64,000 nt of DNA from Patescibacteria group bacterium. GTDB taxonomy: Bacteria > Patescibacteriota > Patescibacteriia > Magasanikbacterales > GWA2-37-8. The notes below the pieces were generated by a model. It did not search any database, was not told the DNA's origin, and saw nothing but the letters and a program-made list of their open reading frames with translations. Position 1 is the first letter of the stretch; every line of letters begins with the position of its first letter. Location: NCBI GenBank assembly GCA_041651015.1, contig JBAZKA010000002.1:6163-70162 (forward strand). The letters are read 5' to 3'. Below are positions 28,971-39,593 of the stretch, piece after piece. Made by a program: the position numbers and the translations under genes.

Positions 28971-29976
28971 AAGTATATAAATTTAAACAGGAGTTCGGGC
29001 ACGCCAATGCATGGGCGTCCTCTAAAAACGCTCTGGCCGTCATATAATCCAGCCGGCGTCTCCGCTCGCCGTTCTTTTTATTTCCCTTGAACGGCGAAAG
29101 AAGCACATCTTTCGTCTTTTTCCTAAAATCATATAACATTTGGTTGCTGTATTCAATAATTTTATCAATCAGTTCACCGCGAGCGTCAACCTCTATTACC
29201 GTTATCAATCTTGAGCTTTGTTTTATATCTGACAAATCATAGTCTATCTCGTCGGGCCGCATAAATGAAATCGGTTTTTTCGGATTTGTTGTATCCACGG
29301 CGCGTAACGCAATCTGGCCGGTAGGCACGTTGAATTTCATACAAAAATTTCTTTGCGGTATGCGACGCATCCTTTCAAAATAACCCAATTTGCCAAGAAA
29401 TTCATCATTTTTATAAACGTTAATTTCATCGTATGTCTTATTTCTCCGATCAAAACAAATCACGCAAATAGGATTCTCGGTGTCGTTAAATAATTGATCT
29501 TCAATAATTGTAATACTGACGAGTCGATGTTTCGGAAAACTCGAATTGATAAAAGTTTCCGGTATTATCATTACACCGAAATCGCTTGATAAACATTTCT
29601 CAATAGCCAATTGATAAATATCATCAAACTTACAGACTTCAAAATATTTTTTTACATTTTCATATATTCCTTTTCTTTTGGCGCTATAATTCGTCAAATA
29701 TGGAGGGTTGGTAATAATGACCGATTTATCAATCCTTGGAATATCCAAAAGACTATCGTTAATTTTCCAATTCAAACTTCTATCAATATCTAATCCTTTT
29801 GTTTTTTTAAAGCCAATCTTTTTAGCAACATCCAATAAATCTCCGCCTCCGGCAAAAGGATCGTACGCGACTTCCGCGCCGGTGGACTTTATAAAATCCA
29901 AAACATGGTCAGTCAGCCAAAAATTATTTATAGTAAAAAATTGCCCAAGACTTTGTTTTTTGATAATGGCATTCAT
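28957..29976 (-). CDS. gamma-class N6-adenine DNA methyltransferase
   Basis: LGQFFT (motif X), DPFAGGGDLL (motif I), ITNPPY (motif IV), C-terminal target-recognition region. Confidence 0.8.
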   Translation of the reverse strand: MNAIIKKQSLGQFFTINNFWLTDHVLDFIKSTGAEVAYDPFAGGGDLLDVAKKIGFKKTKGLDIDRSLNWKINDSLLDIPRIDKSVIITNPPYLTNYSAKRKGIYENVKKYFEVCKFDDIYQLAIEKCLSSDFGVMIIPETFINSSFPKHRLVSITIIEDQLFNDTENPICVICFDRRNKTYDEINVYKNDEFLGKLGYFERMRRIPQRNFCMKFNVPTGQIALRAVDTTNPKKPISFMRPDEIDYDLSDIKQSSRLITVIEVDARGELIDKIIEYSNQMLYDFRKKTKDVLLSPFKGNKKNGERRRRLDYMTARAFLEDAHALACPNSCLNLYTYEKN

Positions 29977-30033
29977 AAATACATTATAGCCGATGTGGAA
30001 TAAAAAATACAGTTTACAAAAACTTCAAAAAGG

Positions 30034-30095
30034 AGTTATCCACAGTTGATACACACAAACCCCCTATTACATCTATATATAGGACAAAAAAACGG
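30034..30095 (+). repeat. 62-bp direct repeat copy B flanking RM cassette
   Basis: gagttatccacagttgATAcacacaaaccccctattacatctatatataggacaaaaaaac. Confidence 0.8.
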
Positions 30096-30133
30096 GCGGC
30101 CTATAACAGGCGGCCCGCTGAGGTACTACTTGC

Positions 30134-30763
30134 TCACGAAGAGAAAGGCGCGGGGTAATCCCCGCCAGCCAAGCTGCGAGGCGCTTCCAAAGACGTTTCT
30201 GCGTCATCTTCATCGTCGGACTGGCGCATCAATTCCTGTACCCTCTGATAAAAGACCTCTTCATCGGGGATTTTGTCCGAGAAATTTTCCCTCAAAGAAT
30301 CGACGATTTCGTGCAATGCTTTGCGAGTGGCAAGACGAGTCATGTGGGTGTATGTCAACCCAACACGCTCATCCGACCCGGGCGCAGTCGTTCTAAGTTG
30401 TTCAAACAGCTCTTGCAACTCGGCAAACGATGTATGGTGTTCATTTTCCCACCACTTGAAAATGAGGTCTTTGGCCCTGATGATTTGCACGCTTGATGCG
30501 AAGGATACACCAAAAGGAAACAGAAGACTGATACCAAGCACAACGGAAAACGACAATAAAATCCACTTAGTGATAATATTTGAAAAAATGTAATGGATAC
30601 CGAACGCTATCAATGCCAATAAAAATATCACCCCCAGCACGGAGATGAATTTGTTTAATACGGGCTTCGGCCACGCTCCGGCGCGGTCGATCTTTTCATC
30701 GGCTTCAGCTTTTTTCGCGGCCAATTGATGGTAGGCTACCATCTCGCGCATTTTTTCACTCAT
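30134..30763 (-). CDS. hypothetical membrane protein (two TM helices, acidic C-terminus)
   Basis: 209 aa; GC content higher than surroundings; intrinsic terminator on minus strand at about 30095-30125. Confidence 0.5.
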   Translation of the reverse strand: MSEKMREMVAYHQLAAKKAEADEKIDRAGAWPKPVLNKFISVLGVIFLLALIAFGIHYIFSNIITKWILLSFSVVLGISLLFPFGVSFASSVQIIRAKDLIFKWWENEHHTSFAELQELFEQLRTTAPGSDERVGLTYTHMTRLATRKALHEIVDSLRENFSDKIPDEEVFYQRVQELMRQSDDEDDAETSLEAPRSLAGGDYPAPFSS

Positions 30764-30892
30764 TTTTCCCCTCGTTTTTCTATGCCGTCAAACGGCATTT
30801 TGTTTTGAATGTGCGAACTCTCCAAATAACATAGCATAATTTTCCGCTCCGGTCAATAACGCATCCGTTGCGTACCAACTTAACTTGTCCAC

Positions 30893-31145
30893 ACCTTGAC
30901 ACAATCACGATACACAATTAAAATGTTTGTTAAGTAAACGAAAAATATTTTTCTCCAGCAAGCTGCGGTGGAGCTGATGTCTTAAGCCATTCAATTCTTG
31001 GAGACATCTCTCTCCTCCCTTCAACAATTTCTTTTAATTGTTATTGGGAGTCGTCCTCAAAATAGGATCGGACCTTAAATCATGCAGCTGCACTCGCAGC
31101 TTTTTGGAGAAAAGCCACCCGCCTCGCGCGGGTGTTTTTTGTTCA
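30893..31145 (+). ncRNA. candidate small RNA (promoter TTGACA-17-TAAAAT at 30893-30922; tandem intrinsic terminators at about 31080-31105 and 31110-31145)
   Basis: no ORF; contains CU-rich stretch atctctctcctccc (anti-SD-like). Terminators are agctgcactcgcagct+T5 and cacccgcctcgcgcgggtg+T6. Confidence 0.25.
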
Positions 31146-31217
31146 CAGTGCTTGGTTTGTTGCTTACCAAATAAAATGGTAAAATACAGCCGAACCTAAC
31201 CGGTGTAATTTTATATT

Positions 31218-33572
31218 ATGACCAGAACTTACAAACAAAGAAGCGCGCCGCATGACGAAGGAGGATTGGGCCCGAAAATTAGTCACGGCCTTTTATCCAT
31301 TTTACTTTTTGTCGTGGCCGGGCTCTCCACTTTGAGTTTTTTTGAAATGGCCGGCGTGGCGGGCAAATTCATTGATTCGTTACTCGCCATCACTTTTGGA
31401 CAAGTGCGCTATGTTTTTCCGGTAATACTTATTGTCATCGCCATACTCCTTATCAAGGACATGGAATATCATTACCGCTCCACACACATTTTGGGGGCAG
31501 TGATGTTTTTCTTGTCCTTTAATGGCATTGTCCACATTTATCAACCAGCCACGGAAATGGTTGACCAAGCCCTGCAAGGATACGGTGGCGGTTTAGTCGG
31601 GTTAATTCTCGGCTGGCCATTGGGAAATTACGTGGGCTTTTGGGGCGGGCTGATTATTTTAATCGGCGTACTTTTAATTTCTATAATATTTTTGTTTAAC
31701 ACTTCCCTCGCCGAACTGGTGGAGCTCAACAAAAAAGTTTTACTCGCCTTCGGTTGGATTGGCAAAAAAATTATTGACTTCTTTGGCACGTTCAAAACCG
31801 AAGAAAAATTACAGATGCGCATAGAGGGCGACTATGAGCCGGTCAAAAAATCCCAACCCGAGCCCGAAGAGGAAGAAGAGATTGAAGAAGAGCCGGAAGT
31901 CAAACCCGTGTTTGCCAAAAAAATTATTAAGGAGACAAAACCGACGGAAAAAGATGAACCCGAAGAAGAAACTATTGCTCGACCCACCACTTTGGACATC
32001 AATTACAAATGGCCGCCTTTGGAAATTTTATACAGTTCCAAAACCAAGCCGACTTCGGGCGACATCAACAGCAACGCCGCCATGATTCATGACACGCTAG
32101 CCAATTTTGGCATTGAGACCGAGATGGGCGAAATTCGCGTCGGCCCGACCGTCACGCAATATTCCCTCAAACCGGCCAAAGGCATCAAATTAACGCGTAT
32201 CACCGGCCTCTCTAATGACTTGGCGTTGGCTTTGGCCGCGCATCCGATCCGCATTGAAGCGCCTATTCCGGGCAAATCCCTCGTTGGCATTGAAGTGCCA
32301 AATGAAAAAGTGGCCATGGTGACACTGCGCGAACTTTTGGAATCACAAGAATACAAAACCAGAAAAAATAACGCCGCTATCGCGCTCGGCAAAGACGTGG
32401 CCGGCAAAGTTTGGTTTGCGGATTTACCAAAGATGCCACATTTACTTATCGCCGGTACGACCGGTTCGGGAAAAACTGTTTGTATCAACACAATTATTTT
32501 AAGTTTGCTTTATCAAAATTCTCCGGAGACTTTGCGCTTTATTATGGTAGACCCCAAGCGCGTAGAACTGACTTTGTACAACGGCATCCCGCATTTACTT
32601 ACGCCGGTTATCACTGACCCGGCCAAAACCGTGGCCGCGCTTAAATGGTGTATCAATGAAATGGAACGTCGCTTTGACACACTCGCTGCTATCGGTTGCC
32701 GCGACATACTTTCTTACAACGAAAAATCCAAAGACAAACTTCCTTACATTGTTTTCGTGATTGATGAACTCGCCGACCTCATGGCCATGGCCGCCTCAGA
32801 AGTGGAAGCGGGCATCATCCGCATCGCGCAAATGGCGCGCGCCGTGGGCATCCATCTGGTCGTCGCCACTCAGCGTCCGAGCGTGGAAGTTATCACCGGT
32901 CTGATGAAAGCCAACATTCCGGCGCGCATTGCTTTTTCCGTGGCTTCAATCATTGACTCGCGCACAATTTTGGATTGTCCGGGCGCGGAAAAATTACTCG
33001 GACGAGGCGACATGCTTTTCCTCACTTCTGACATGTCCAAACCCAAACGCATCCAGGGCGCTTTTGTGTCCGAAGAAGAAATGAAACGCGTAGTGGATTG
33101 CATCAAGGGCGACGAACCGCCGGTTTATGATGAGACGATAGTTTCCAAAACATCTTCAGCCGGAGGCACAATGAATATGTTTGGCGGTCCGAGCGATGAT
33201 CGCGATCAGCTTTTTGACGAGGCTAAAGCCACAGTTATTGAGTCGGGCAAGGCTTCTGCCTCACTCCTTCAACGCCGTATGAAAGTAGGCTATGCACGAG
33301 CTGCCCGATTGCTTGACGAATTAGAGGAAGCTGGTATAGTAGGACCGGCGGATGGAGCCAAACCGCGCGAGGTTTTCACCGAACATTTTATGGCTGATGC
33401 CGAGGAAGAAATGCCGGTTGAAGAAACCACTATGGACGCCGGCGGCACGGTGTTTGACGATAAAAATGATGAAGTTGATAAAGTTGATGAAAGTGATGAA
33501 CTTGATAAAAATCCGGACGAAAAAAATCCTGAAGAAATAACCAAAACGGATGAGCCGGAGCAGTACGCTTGA
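31218..33572 (+). CDS. ftsK: DNA translocase FtsK/SpoIIIE
   Basis: N-terminal TM segments, Pro/Glu-rich linker, Walker A GTTGSGKT, C-terminal gamma-domain-like winged helix. Confidence 0.9.
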   Translation: MTRTYKQRSAPHDEGGLGPKISHGLLSILLFVVAGLSTLSFFEMAGVAGKFIDSLLAITFGQVRYVFPVILIVIAILLIKDMEYHYRSTHILGAVMFFLSFNGIVHIYQPATEMVDQALQGYGGGLVGLILGWPLGNYVGFWGGLIILIGVLLISIIFLFNTSLAELVELNKKVLLAFGWIGKKIIDFFGTFKTEEKLQMRIEGDYEPVKKSQPEPEEEEEIEEEPEVKPVFAKKIIKETKPTEKDEPEEETIARPTTLDINYKWPPLEILYSSKTKPTSGDINSNAAMIHDTLANFGIETEMGEIRVGPTVTQYSLKPAKGIKLTRITGLSNDLALALAAHPIRIEAPIPGKSLVGIEVPNEKVAMVTLRELLESQEYKTRKNNAAIALGKDVAGKVWFADLPKMPHLLIAGTTGSGKTVCINTIILSLLYQNSPETLRFIMVDPKRVELTLYNGIPHLLTPVITDPAKTVAALKWCINEMERRFDTLAAIGCRDILSYNEKSKDKLPYIVFVIDELADLMAMAASEVEAGIIRIAQMARAVGIHLVVATQRPSVEVITGLMKANIPARIAFSVASIIDSRTILDCPGAEKLLGRGDMLFLTSDMSKPKRIQGAFVSEEEMKRVVDCIKGDEPPVYDETIVSKTSSAGGTMNMFGGPSDDRDQLFDEAKATVIESGKASASLLQRRMKVGYARAARLLDELEEAGIVGPADGAKPREVFTEHFMADAEEEMPVEETTMDAGGTVFDDKNDEVDKVDESDELDKNPDEKNPEEITKTDEPEQYA

Positions 33573-33616
33573 CGTATTCGTATAATTCGCATGCATTCGC
33601 ATATTTGTATCGCCTT
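33573..33616 (-). repeat. iteron-like repeat copy B (reverse orientation)
   Basis: reverse complement reads GCGAATgcatGCGAATtatACGAATa. Confidence 0.55.
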
Positions 33617-34324
33617 ATGTCTGTTTTTAGTTCCAAAAAACTTTCAGACACAGAACCGCGTTTCGGCGCAAAATTGAGACAAGCGCGCGAAGTTTTTGGC
33701 GTTGATATGGCTACTGCCGGACGCGCGGTTGGAATTCCGGAAAAATATTTGTCCGCTCTGGAAAAAAATCGTTTCGCCGATTTGCCCAAAGCTAAAGTTT
33801 ATCGCTTAAGTTATGTCCGCGAATACGCGAAATTTTTACACCTGGATGAAAATCTAATGGCCGAACAATTTCTCAAAGAAAACGGTTTGAAGGGCGTGGG
33901 CGTGATTCACCCGAAAAAATTTCTACGCAATACTCCCCTGTTCTCCATTTCTATTTTTGCTAGAAATTTGTTGGTCGCGAGTTTTATCTTGCTTTTTGCC
34001 GGTTACCTATCATTCCAAGTCAAAAGAGTACTTGAACCGCCTAAGTTAACCGTGTATAATCCGGCCGAGGGTATTACGGTCACCGAGCAAAGTATTACCG
34101 TGCAGGGCGAGACTGAAAAAGAATGCCAGTTGGCTATCAATGGCCAGGAAATAATGCCTGATGAAAAAGGTAATTTCAATTTGACGATTGATTTGGCAAA
34201 CGGGCTCAATACCATTACTGTCACCGCAACCAAAAAACACGGCAAAATTTCCACAGTCACGCGCCATATTGTGGTCAAAAGCATTGGCAAAGGCGCGGGC
34301 AAAATCCTTACTTATTCAAATTAA
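33617..34324 (+). CDS. RodZ-like protein (XRE-type HTH, TM segment, C-terminal Ig-like domain)
   Basis: HTH region RFGAKLRQAREVFGVDMATAGRAVGIPEKYLSALE; one TM; start moved to ATG 33617. Confidence 0.55.
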   Translation: MSVFSSKKLSDTEPRFGAKLRQAREVFGVDMATAGRAVGIPEKYLSALEKNRFADLPKAKVYRLSYVREYAKFLHLDENLMAEQFLKENGLKGVGVIHPKKFLRNTPLFSISIFARNLLVASFILLFAGYLSFQVKRVLEPPKLTVYNPAEGITVTEQSITVQGETEKECQLAINGQEIMPDEKGNFNLTIDLANGLNTITVTATKKHGKISTVTRHIVVKSIGKGAGKILTYSN

Positions 34325-34325
34325 T

Positions 34326-34420
34326 TACGCGATGCAAATATACAAATGCATTCGAATAATACTAATGTCGCGACAATGATTCGTATAATTAGTATGCATT
34401 CGTATATTGGCATCGCATTT
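34326..34420. repeat. inverted pair of iteron-like repeats (copies C 34326-34372 and D 34378-34420) forming an imperfect palindrome of about 95 bp upstream of recA
   Basis: copy C ACAAATgcatTCGAATaatACTAAT; reverse complement of copy D ACGAATgcatACTAATtatACGAAT. Confidence 0.6.
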
Positions 34421-34430
34421 ATATTCGTAT

Positions 34431-35504
34431 ATGGCAAAACAAATCAGCGACGAAGTAAAGGAAAAATTAAAAGCGGCCGAAAGCGCGATTGAGCAAATCA
34501 AATCCCGTTTTGGCGAAGGTGCAATTATGAAATTGGGTGAAGCGAGAAAAATGCAAGTTGATGCGGTGCCAACAGGTTGTTTATCACTGGACATCGCTCT
34601 CGGTGTTGGCGGAGTACCGCGCGGACGCGTAATTGAAATTTATGGACCGGAAGCGTCTGGAAAAACCACTCTGGCCCAACACATCGTGGCCGAAGTGCAA
34701 AAACTCGGTGGCATTGCCGCGTTTGTTGATGCCGAGCACGCGCTAGACCCTGACTATGCCAAAAAAATCGGCGTGAAAGTTGACGAAATGTTAATTTCCC
34801 AACCTGATACCGGTGAACAAGCTTTGGAAATCGTAGACACGCTCGTGCGTTCCAATGCCGTGGATGTGGTAGTTGTGGACTCGGTGGCCGCGCTCGTGCC
34901 CAAAGCCGAAATTGAAGGTGACATGGGCGATTCTCACATGGGTTTGCAAGCGCGCCTGATGTCTCAAGCATTGCGCAAATTGACCGGCATAATTTCCAAA
35001 TCCAAAACTGTGGTCATTTTCATCAACCAAACCCGCATGAAAATCGGTGTGGTCTTTGGCAACCCGGAAACGACCACCGGTGGTATGGCTCTCAAATTTT
35101 ACTCTTCAGTCCGCATTGAAGTGCGCCGTTCAGCCCAAATTAAACAGGGCGATAAAATTATTGGCAACCGCGTCAAAGTTAAAATCGTCAAAAACAAAGT
35201 GGCCCCGCCGTTTACCACCACTGAATTTGATATTATGTACAACGAAGGCATCTCGGTTTCGGGCGATGCCTTGGATACGGCCGTCACCTATCATGTGGTG
35301 GACAAACGAGGTAACAGTTATATGTTTGGTGAAGAAAAATTAGGCGTGGGCCGTGAAACCGCCAAAGCATATTTGCGCGCCAATCCGAAATTGATTGATA
35401 AAATCAAAGCTCTGACTTTCAAAAAAGCCGAGGAAGGCGAACCAGAAGAGGGCGTGGGCGTGCAATCGGCAGACAACGAAGTTCCCCCGCCGAGTGAGGA
35501 ATAG
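34431..35504 (+). CDS. recA: recombinase RecA
   Basis: Walker [11 protein letters not shown]1/L2 regions; ATG 34431 preferred over the TTG 34407 given in the ORF track. Confidence 0.95.
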   Translation: MAKQISDEVKEKLKAAESAIEQIKSRFGEGAIMKLGEARKMQVDAVPTGCLSLDIALGVGGVPRGRVIEIYGPEASGKTTLAQHIVAEVQKLGGIAAFVDAEHALDPDYAKKIGVKVDEMLISQPDTGEQALEIVDTLVRSNAVDVVVVDSVAALVPKAEIEGDMGDSHMGLQARLMSQALRKLTGIISKSKTVVIFINQTRMKIGVVFGNPETTTGGMALKFYSSVRIEVRRSAQIKQGDKIIGNRVKVKIVKNKVAPPFTTTEFDIMYNEGISVSGDALDTAVTYHVVDKRGNSYMFGEEKLGVGRETAKAYLRANPKLIDKIKALTFKKAEEGEPEEGVGVQSADNEVPPPSEE

Positions 35505-35653
35505 GCCAGACAACGGTAAACAAAACAAATACCCCGAATAGTTCGGGGTATTTGTTTTGGGCTTTTTATTATTTTAATGTTTTGTGCTATAATACATCCG
35601 GATAAAAATATACTGGGCGCCGACTCGGTGTCCTTTTGCGCTAATCATAATAT

Positions 35654-37381
35654 ATGCTTCCAATTAAACTCTTGGAGGAGGTAGTGGAAAAATACGAATT
35701 GATAAAGGACGAAAAAAAATGGGCGGAAATTAAAAAGGAGGCGCAAACCAATAACAAAAACGTTGAGGAATTACTATTCGCGAATAATCTCGTGGATGAA
35801 ACGACCCTTTTTACCAAAGTGGCCGAACATTTAAATTTGCCATTTGTCACCTTAAAGGGACGCGAAATCAAGCACGAAGTCTTAAATCTAGTGCCCAACC
35901 CGCTCGCTCTCACCCACAACTTAGTCGCCTACGACAAAGACGAACAATATATTCGTTTGGCTATGACTGATCCGACCGATATTGAGTCGGCGGAATTTAT
36001 TCGGCGCAAAACAGGACTGGAGCCGACCATCGCCGTCACCTCGCCCACGGAAATGCGCGATGCTTTACATTTTTACAGTTCCAGTTTGGAAGAAGAATTC
36101 AAAGTTATCCAAGAGAGAACCGCCGAAGCCACATCAGGCGGCGACTTGAAAAAAGTAGCCGAAGAACTGCCGATTGTCAATGTGGTCAACAGTATTTTGG
36201 AACACGCCATTTACGAAGGCGCCTCGGACATTCATATTGAACCCAATGAACTGGATGTAAGCATCCGTTACCGTGTGGATGGAATTTTACGCGCCACCAT
36301 GTCATTGCCAAAAGCCTTGCAGAGCGGCATCACGGCCAGAATAAAAATCCTGGCCAATTTGCGCTTGGATGAACACATGATCCCGCAGGACGGCCGTTTT
36401 AAAATTGAAATTCAAAATGACAAAATCGCTTTTCGTGTTTCCATTATGCCGGTATATGATGGTGAAAAAATCGTGATGCGTTTGTTACCCGAAGGAGTGA
36501 AGTCCCTTACTTTGGACGAACTGGGATTTTCCGATCATGACAAAGAAATTATTTTACGCTCCATCAAAAAACCAAACGGCATGATTCTGGTCACTGGTCC
36601 GACCGGTTCGGGTAAAACCACTACCTTGTATTCGGTTTTAACTTTGCTCAACCAGCCGGGCGTAAACATCGGTACAATTGAAGATCCGATTGAGTACCGC
36701 GTCAAAGGCATCAACCAAAGCCAAATCAATCCCAAAGTCGGATTTACTTTTGCCTCGGGCTTGCGCGCTTTTTTGCGCCAAGATCCGAACATCATTATGG
36801 TAGGAGAAATCCGCGATGGCGAGACAGCTGAAATAGCTGTACACGCGGCCATGACCGGACACTTGGTACTATCTACTCTGCACACCAATGATGCGCCGAC
36901 AACCCTACCCCGTTTAATTGACATGAACGTGCCGGCATTCCTCGTCGCTTATACCGCCAATGTGATTGTCGCTCAGCGTCTCCTGCGCCGTATCTGCAAA
37001 AATTGCAAAAAAGAATACACAATTGACAAAGAATCGGTCAAAGAGTTGGGCAAGGCCTTTGGTGTGGAAAAAATTGTTTCATTGTTTGAAAATAACGGCG
37101 CCTTGAAAAAAGGCGAGAAAACACTTGAGGGCATGACTTTTTATAAGGGCGAGGGTTGCTCCAAGTGCAACCAAACCGGTTATAAAGGCCGTCTCGGTAT
37201 TTATGAGGTAATGGATATCAACGAACCAATTATTAAAGCGATCAACGAGCATGCCACGGCCGCGGATATCAAAGCGGCTGCCCAGAAAAACGGCATGATA
37301 TGTATGAGTGAAGATGGTTTGATAAAAGCAAAAAACGGTTTTACCACCATCAGTGAAGTTCTCCGCGTCACCAAAGAATAA
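35654..37381 (+). CDS. pilB: type IV pilus assembly ATPase PilB/GspE
   Basis: Walker A GPTGSGKTTT, Asp box, His box, tetracysteine motif CKNC...CSKC. Confidence 0.85.
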   Translation: MLPIKLLEEVVEKYELIKDEKKWAEIKKEAQTNNKNVEELLFANNLVDETTLFTKVAEHLNLPFVTLKGREIKHEVLNLVPNPLALTHNLVAYDKDEQYIRLAMTDPTDIESAEFIRRKTGLEPTIAVTSPTEMRDALHFYSSSLEEEFKVIQERTAEATSGGDLKKVAEELPIVNVVNSILEHAIYEGASDIHIEPNELDVSIRYRVDGILRATMSLPKALQSGITARIKILANLRLDEHMIPQDGRFKIEIQNDKIAFRVSIMPVYDGEKIVMRLLPEGVKSLTLDELGFSDHDKEIILRSIKKPNGMILVTGPTGSGKTTTLYSVLTLLNQPGVNIGTIEDPIEYRVKGINQSQINPKVGFTFASGLRAFLRQDPNIIMVGEIRDGETAEIAVHAAMTGHLVLSTLHTNDAPTTLPRLIDMNVPAFLVAYTANVIVAQRLLRRICKNCKKEYTIDKESVKELGKAFGVEKIVSLFENNGALKKGEKTLEGMTFYKGEGCSKCNQTGYKGRLGIYEVMDINEPIIKAINEHATAADIKAAAQKNGMICMSEDGLIKAKNGFTTISEVLRVTKE

Positions 37382-37383
37382 AT

Positions 37384-38487
37384 ATGCCGGAAAAAGAATC
37401 CCCACAAACACTTGCGGCGCGCGCAAACGCCTGGGTTGAACGCCATCTCGGGCGAGTTCCTTTTGTCCAAAAATTCATGTTCATCCACCACTTGGAAATC
37501 ATGTCCAAGGCCGGATTGTCCATTATTAACAGTTTGCAAGTTCTGGCGGCGGAAATTGAAAATAAAAAATTGAAACACATAGTCGGTGAAATTAAAGCTG
37601 AAGTGGAAACCGGCAAGCAACTTTCCGAGGTGCTAGCAAAATATCCCAATGTTTTCCCGCATATTTATGTCAACATGGTGGCGGCCGGTGAAATATCCGG
37701 AAAATTAGATGACGCCTTGGGGCAAATCAGCGACCAAATGCAAAAATCCCAACGCCTAAACGCTAAAGTTCGCGGCGCCATGATTTACCCGTGCGTAATT
37801 ATGGTGGCCATGGTTGGCATCGCTCTATTCGTAGTTTTTTATATCATGCCGAAAATCTTAGTCATGTTCACCGAGATGGACGCCAAGTTGCCGCTTGCCA
37901 CCAGAATTTTAATCGCCATCACTCACTTTGGCCAAAATTATTGGTGGGCGATCTTTATTGCAATTGCAGCCGCGATTTTTGGCTATTCAAGGGCATTGCG
38001 AATCCCCAAATTTAAACACACAATACACAATCTAATATTATCTTTACCTATTTTTGGCATTATTGTTATCAAAGTAAATTTGGCGCGATTTACCCTTACT
38101 CTCTCGTCTTTACTTTCCTCCACCATCCCGATCGTGGACGCGGTCCGAATTTCATCCGAGGTTTTAAATAATGTAGTTTACCGCGAGCAGTTGGCCGTTG
38201 CCACCGAGGGTCTGAAGCAGGGGCAGGCGCTTTCGCAAATTTTAAGTGCTTACAAAAAAACTTTTCCGCCCATGGTGACGGAAATGGTCATGGTCGGCGA
38301 GCAAACCGGACGTATTGAAAAAATGTTAAAGGAACTTTCCGAATATTACAATAATGAAGTGGAAGAAACAATGAACAATTTTACTGCCATCATTGAACCG
38401 GTAATTATTCTGATGCTCGGCGTGGGCACGGCCGGCATCGCCATTGCTGTAATCATGCCAATGTATTCATTGGCTCAAAGCGTTTAA
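37384..38487 (+). CDS. pilC: type IV pilus platform protein PilC/GspF
   Basis: 367 aa; two GspF repeats with 3 TM segments. Confidence 0.85.
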   Translation: MPEKESPQTLAARANAWVERHLGRVPFVQKFMFIHHLEIMSKAGLSIINSLQVLAAEIENKKLKHIVGEIKAEVETGKQLSEVLAKYPNVFPHIYVNMVAAGEISGKLDDALGQISDQMQKSQRLNAKVRGAMIYPCVIMVAMVGIALFVVFYIMPKILVMFTEMDAKLPLATRILIAITHFGQNYWWAIFIAIAAAIFGYSRALRIPKFKHTIHNLILSLPIFGIIVIKVNLARFTLTLSSLLSSTIPIVDAVRISSEVLNNVVYREQLAVATEGLKQGQALSQILSAYKKTFPPMVTEMVMVGEQTGRIEKMLKELSEYYNNEVEETMNNFTAIIEPVIILMLGVGTAGIAIAVIMPMYSLAQSV

Positions 38488-38492
38488 TCGTT

Positions 38493-39593
38493 ATGTTGAT
38501 CAACAACCCATTCAACGGCGCGTTCGGACTGGACATCGGCGATACAACGGTGAAACTTTTGCGTCTAAAAAAATACTGGCGTCCGAAACATGGAATATAT
38601 TTTGACATCAAAGATATTCGGCAAATCAATTTACCGGCCGGCTGTATTGAATCCGGTGAGATTTTGCAACCGGAACTGGTAAAGGAAAAATTAAAAGTAT
38701 TGCTTGGCAAACATGGTCGTTCACCGGCCGTCAAGGCCCCCTGGGTGGTGGTAAATTTACCCGTAGCCAAATCGTTTTTAAAGCTAATCCGCATCAACGC
38801 GTCAGAAGAGGAAATCAATGACCAAGCGGTCCGATTTGAAGCCTCCAAACATTTGCCCATGGATATGAAAGACATGGACGTCGACTGGCAAATTATCAAA
38901 AACGGCGACAACGCTGCCGGAGTCACTTCCATTTTAGTTGGGGCCGCGCCCAAGGCCATAACCAATTCATATTGCGAACTACTTGAATCAATCGGGTTGG
39001 CTCCGCTAGCGCTGGAAGTGGAAGATTTATCGGTCGCTCGTTCCCTTATCACTGCCAATAAGACATACGAAAACGAAGCCAGAGCCATTTTAGATCTCGG
39101 CGGCTCGCAATCCAGCATGATTATATATGATAAGGGCAGTATTCAATTTAGCGCGCTTATTCCTTTTTCCGGCGATTTGATTGACACGGCTCTAACACAA
39201 AGATTAAACATAGAACGCGTCAAAGCAACTCAGCTTAAAAATGACAATGGTTTAAACTTCGTTAACGAGTATCCGGACTATTTAAAAGTCATGACCGAGA
39301 TGTCGGAAAAATTAGTGGAAAATATTTATCAAAAAATTCTTTTCTATCGCGACCATTTTTACAAACCAAACCCCATTACGCATATCACTATGTCCGGCGG
39401 TTTGTCATCCATGACAAATCTGGATAAATTTTTGACTGATAAACTGCAAACCGAAACCCGTCCGGGCAATGTTTGGAAAAATCTTTTTAATGACAACCTT
39501 GGGGAGGACCGCAACTCGGGGTTATCGCTCGCCGCGGCAATAGGCCTGGCGATTCGCGCCGCCTCTTGGCCGATTGAAAAACAAAAATTATGA
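38493..39593 (+). CDS. pilM: type IV pilus assembly protein PilM (actin-like ATPase)
   Basis: GLDIGDTTVKLL N-terminal phosphate-1 motif; 366 aa. Confidence 0.8.
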   Translation: MLINNPFNGAFGLDIGDTTVKLLRLKKYWRPKHGIYFDIKDIRQINLPAGCIESGEILQPELVKEKLKVLLGKHGRSPAVKAPWVVVNLPVAKSFLKLIRINASEEEINDQAVRFEASKHLPMDMKDMDVDWQIIKNGDNAAGVTSILVGAAPKAITNSYCELLESIGLAPLALEVEDLSVARSLITANKTYENEARAILDLGGSQSSMIIYDKGSIQFSALIPFSGDLIDTALTQRLNIERVKATQLKNDNGLNFVNEYPDYLKVMTEMSEKLVENIYQKILFYRDHFYKPNPITHITMSGGLSSMTNLDKFLTDKLQTETRPGNVWKNLFNDNLGEDRNSGLSLAAAIGLAIRAASWPIEKQKL

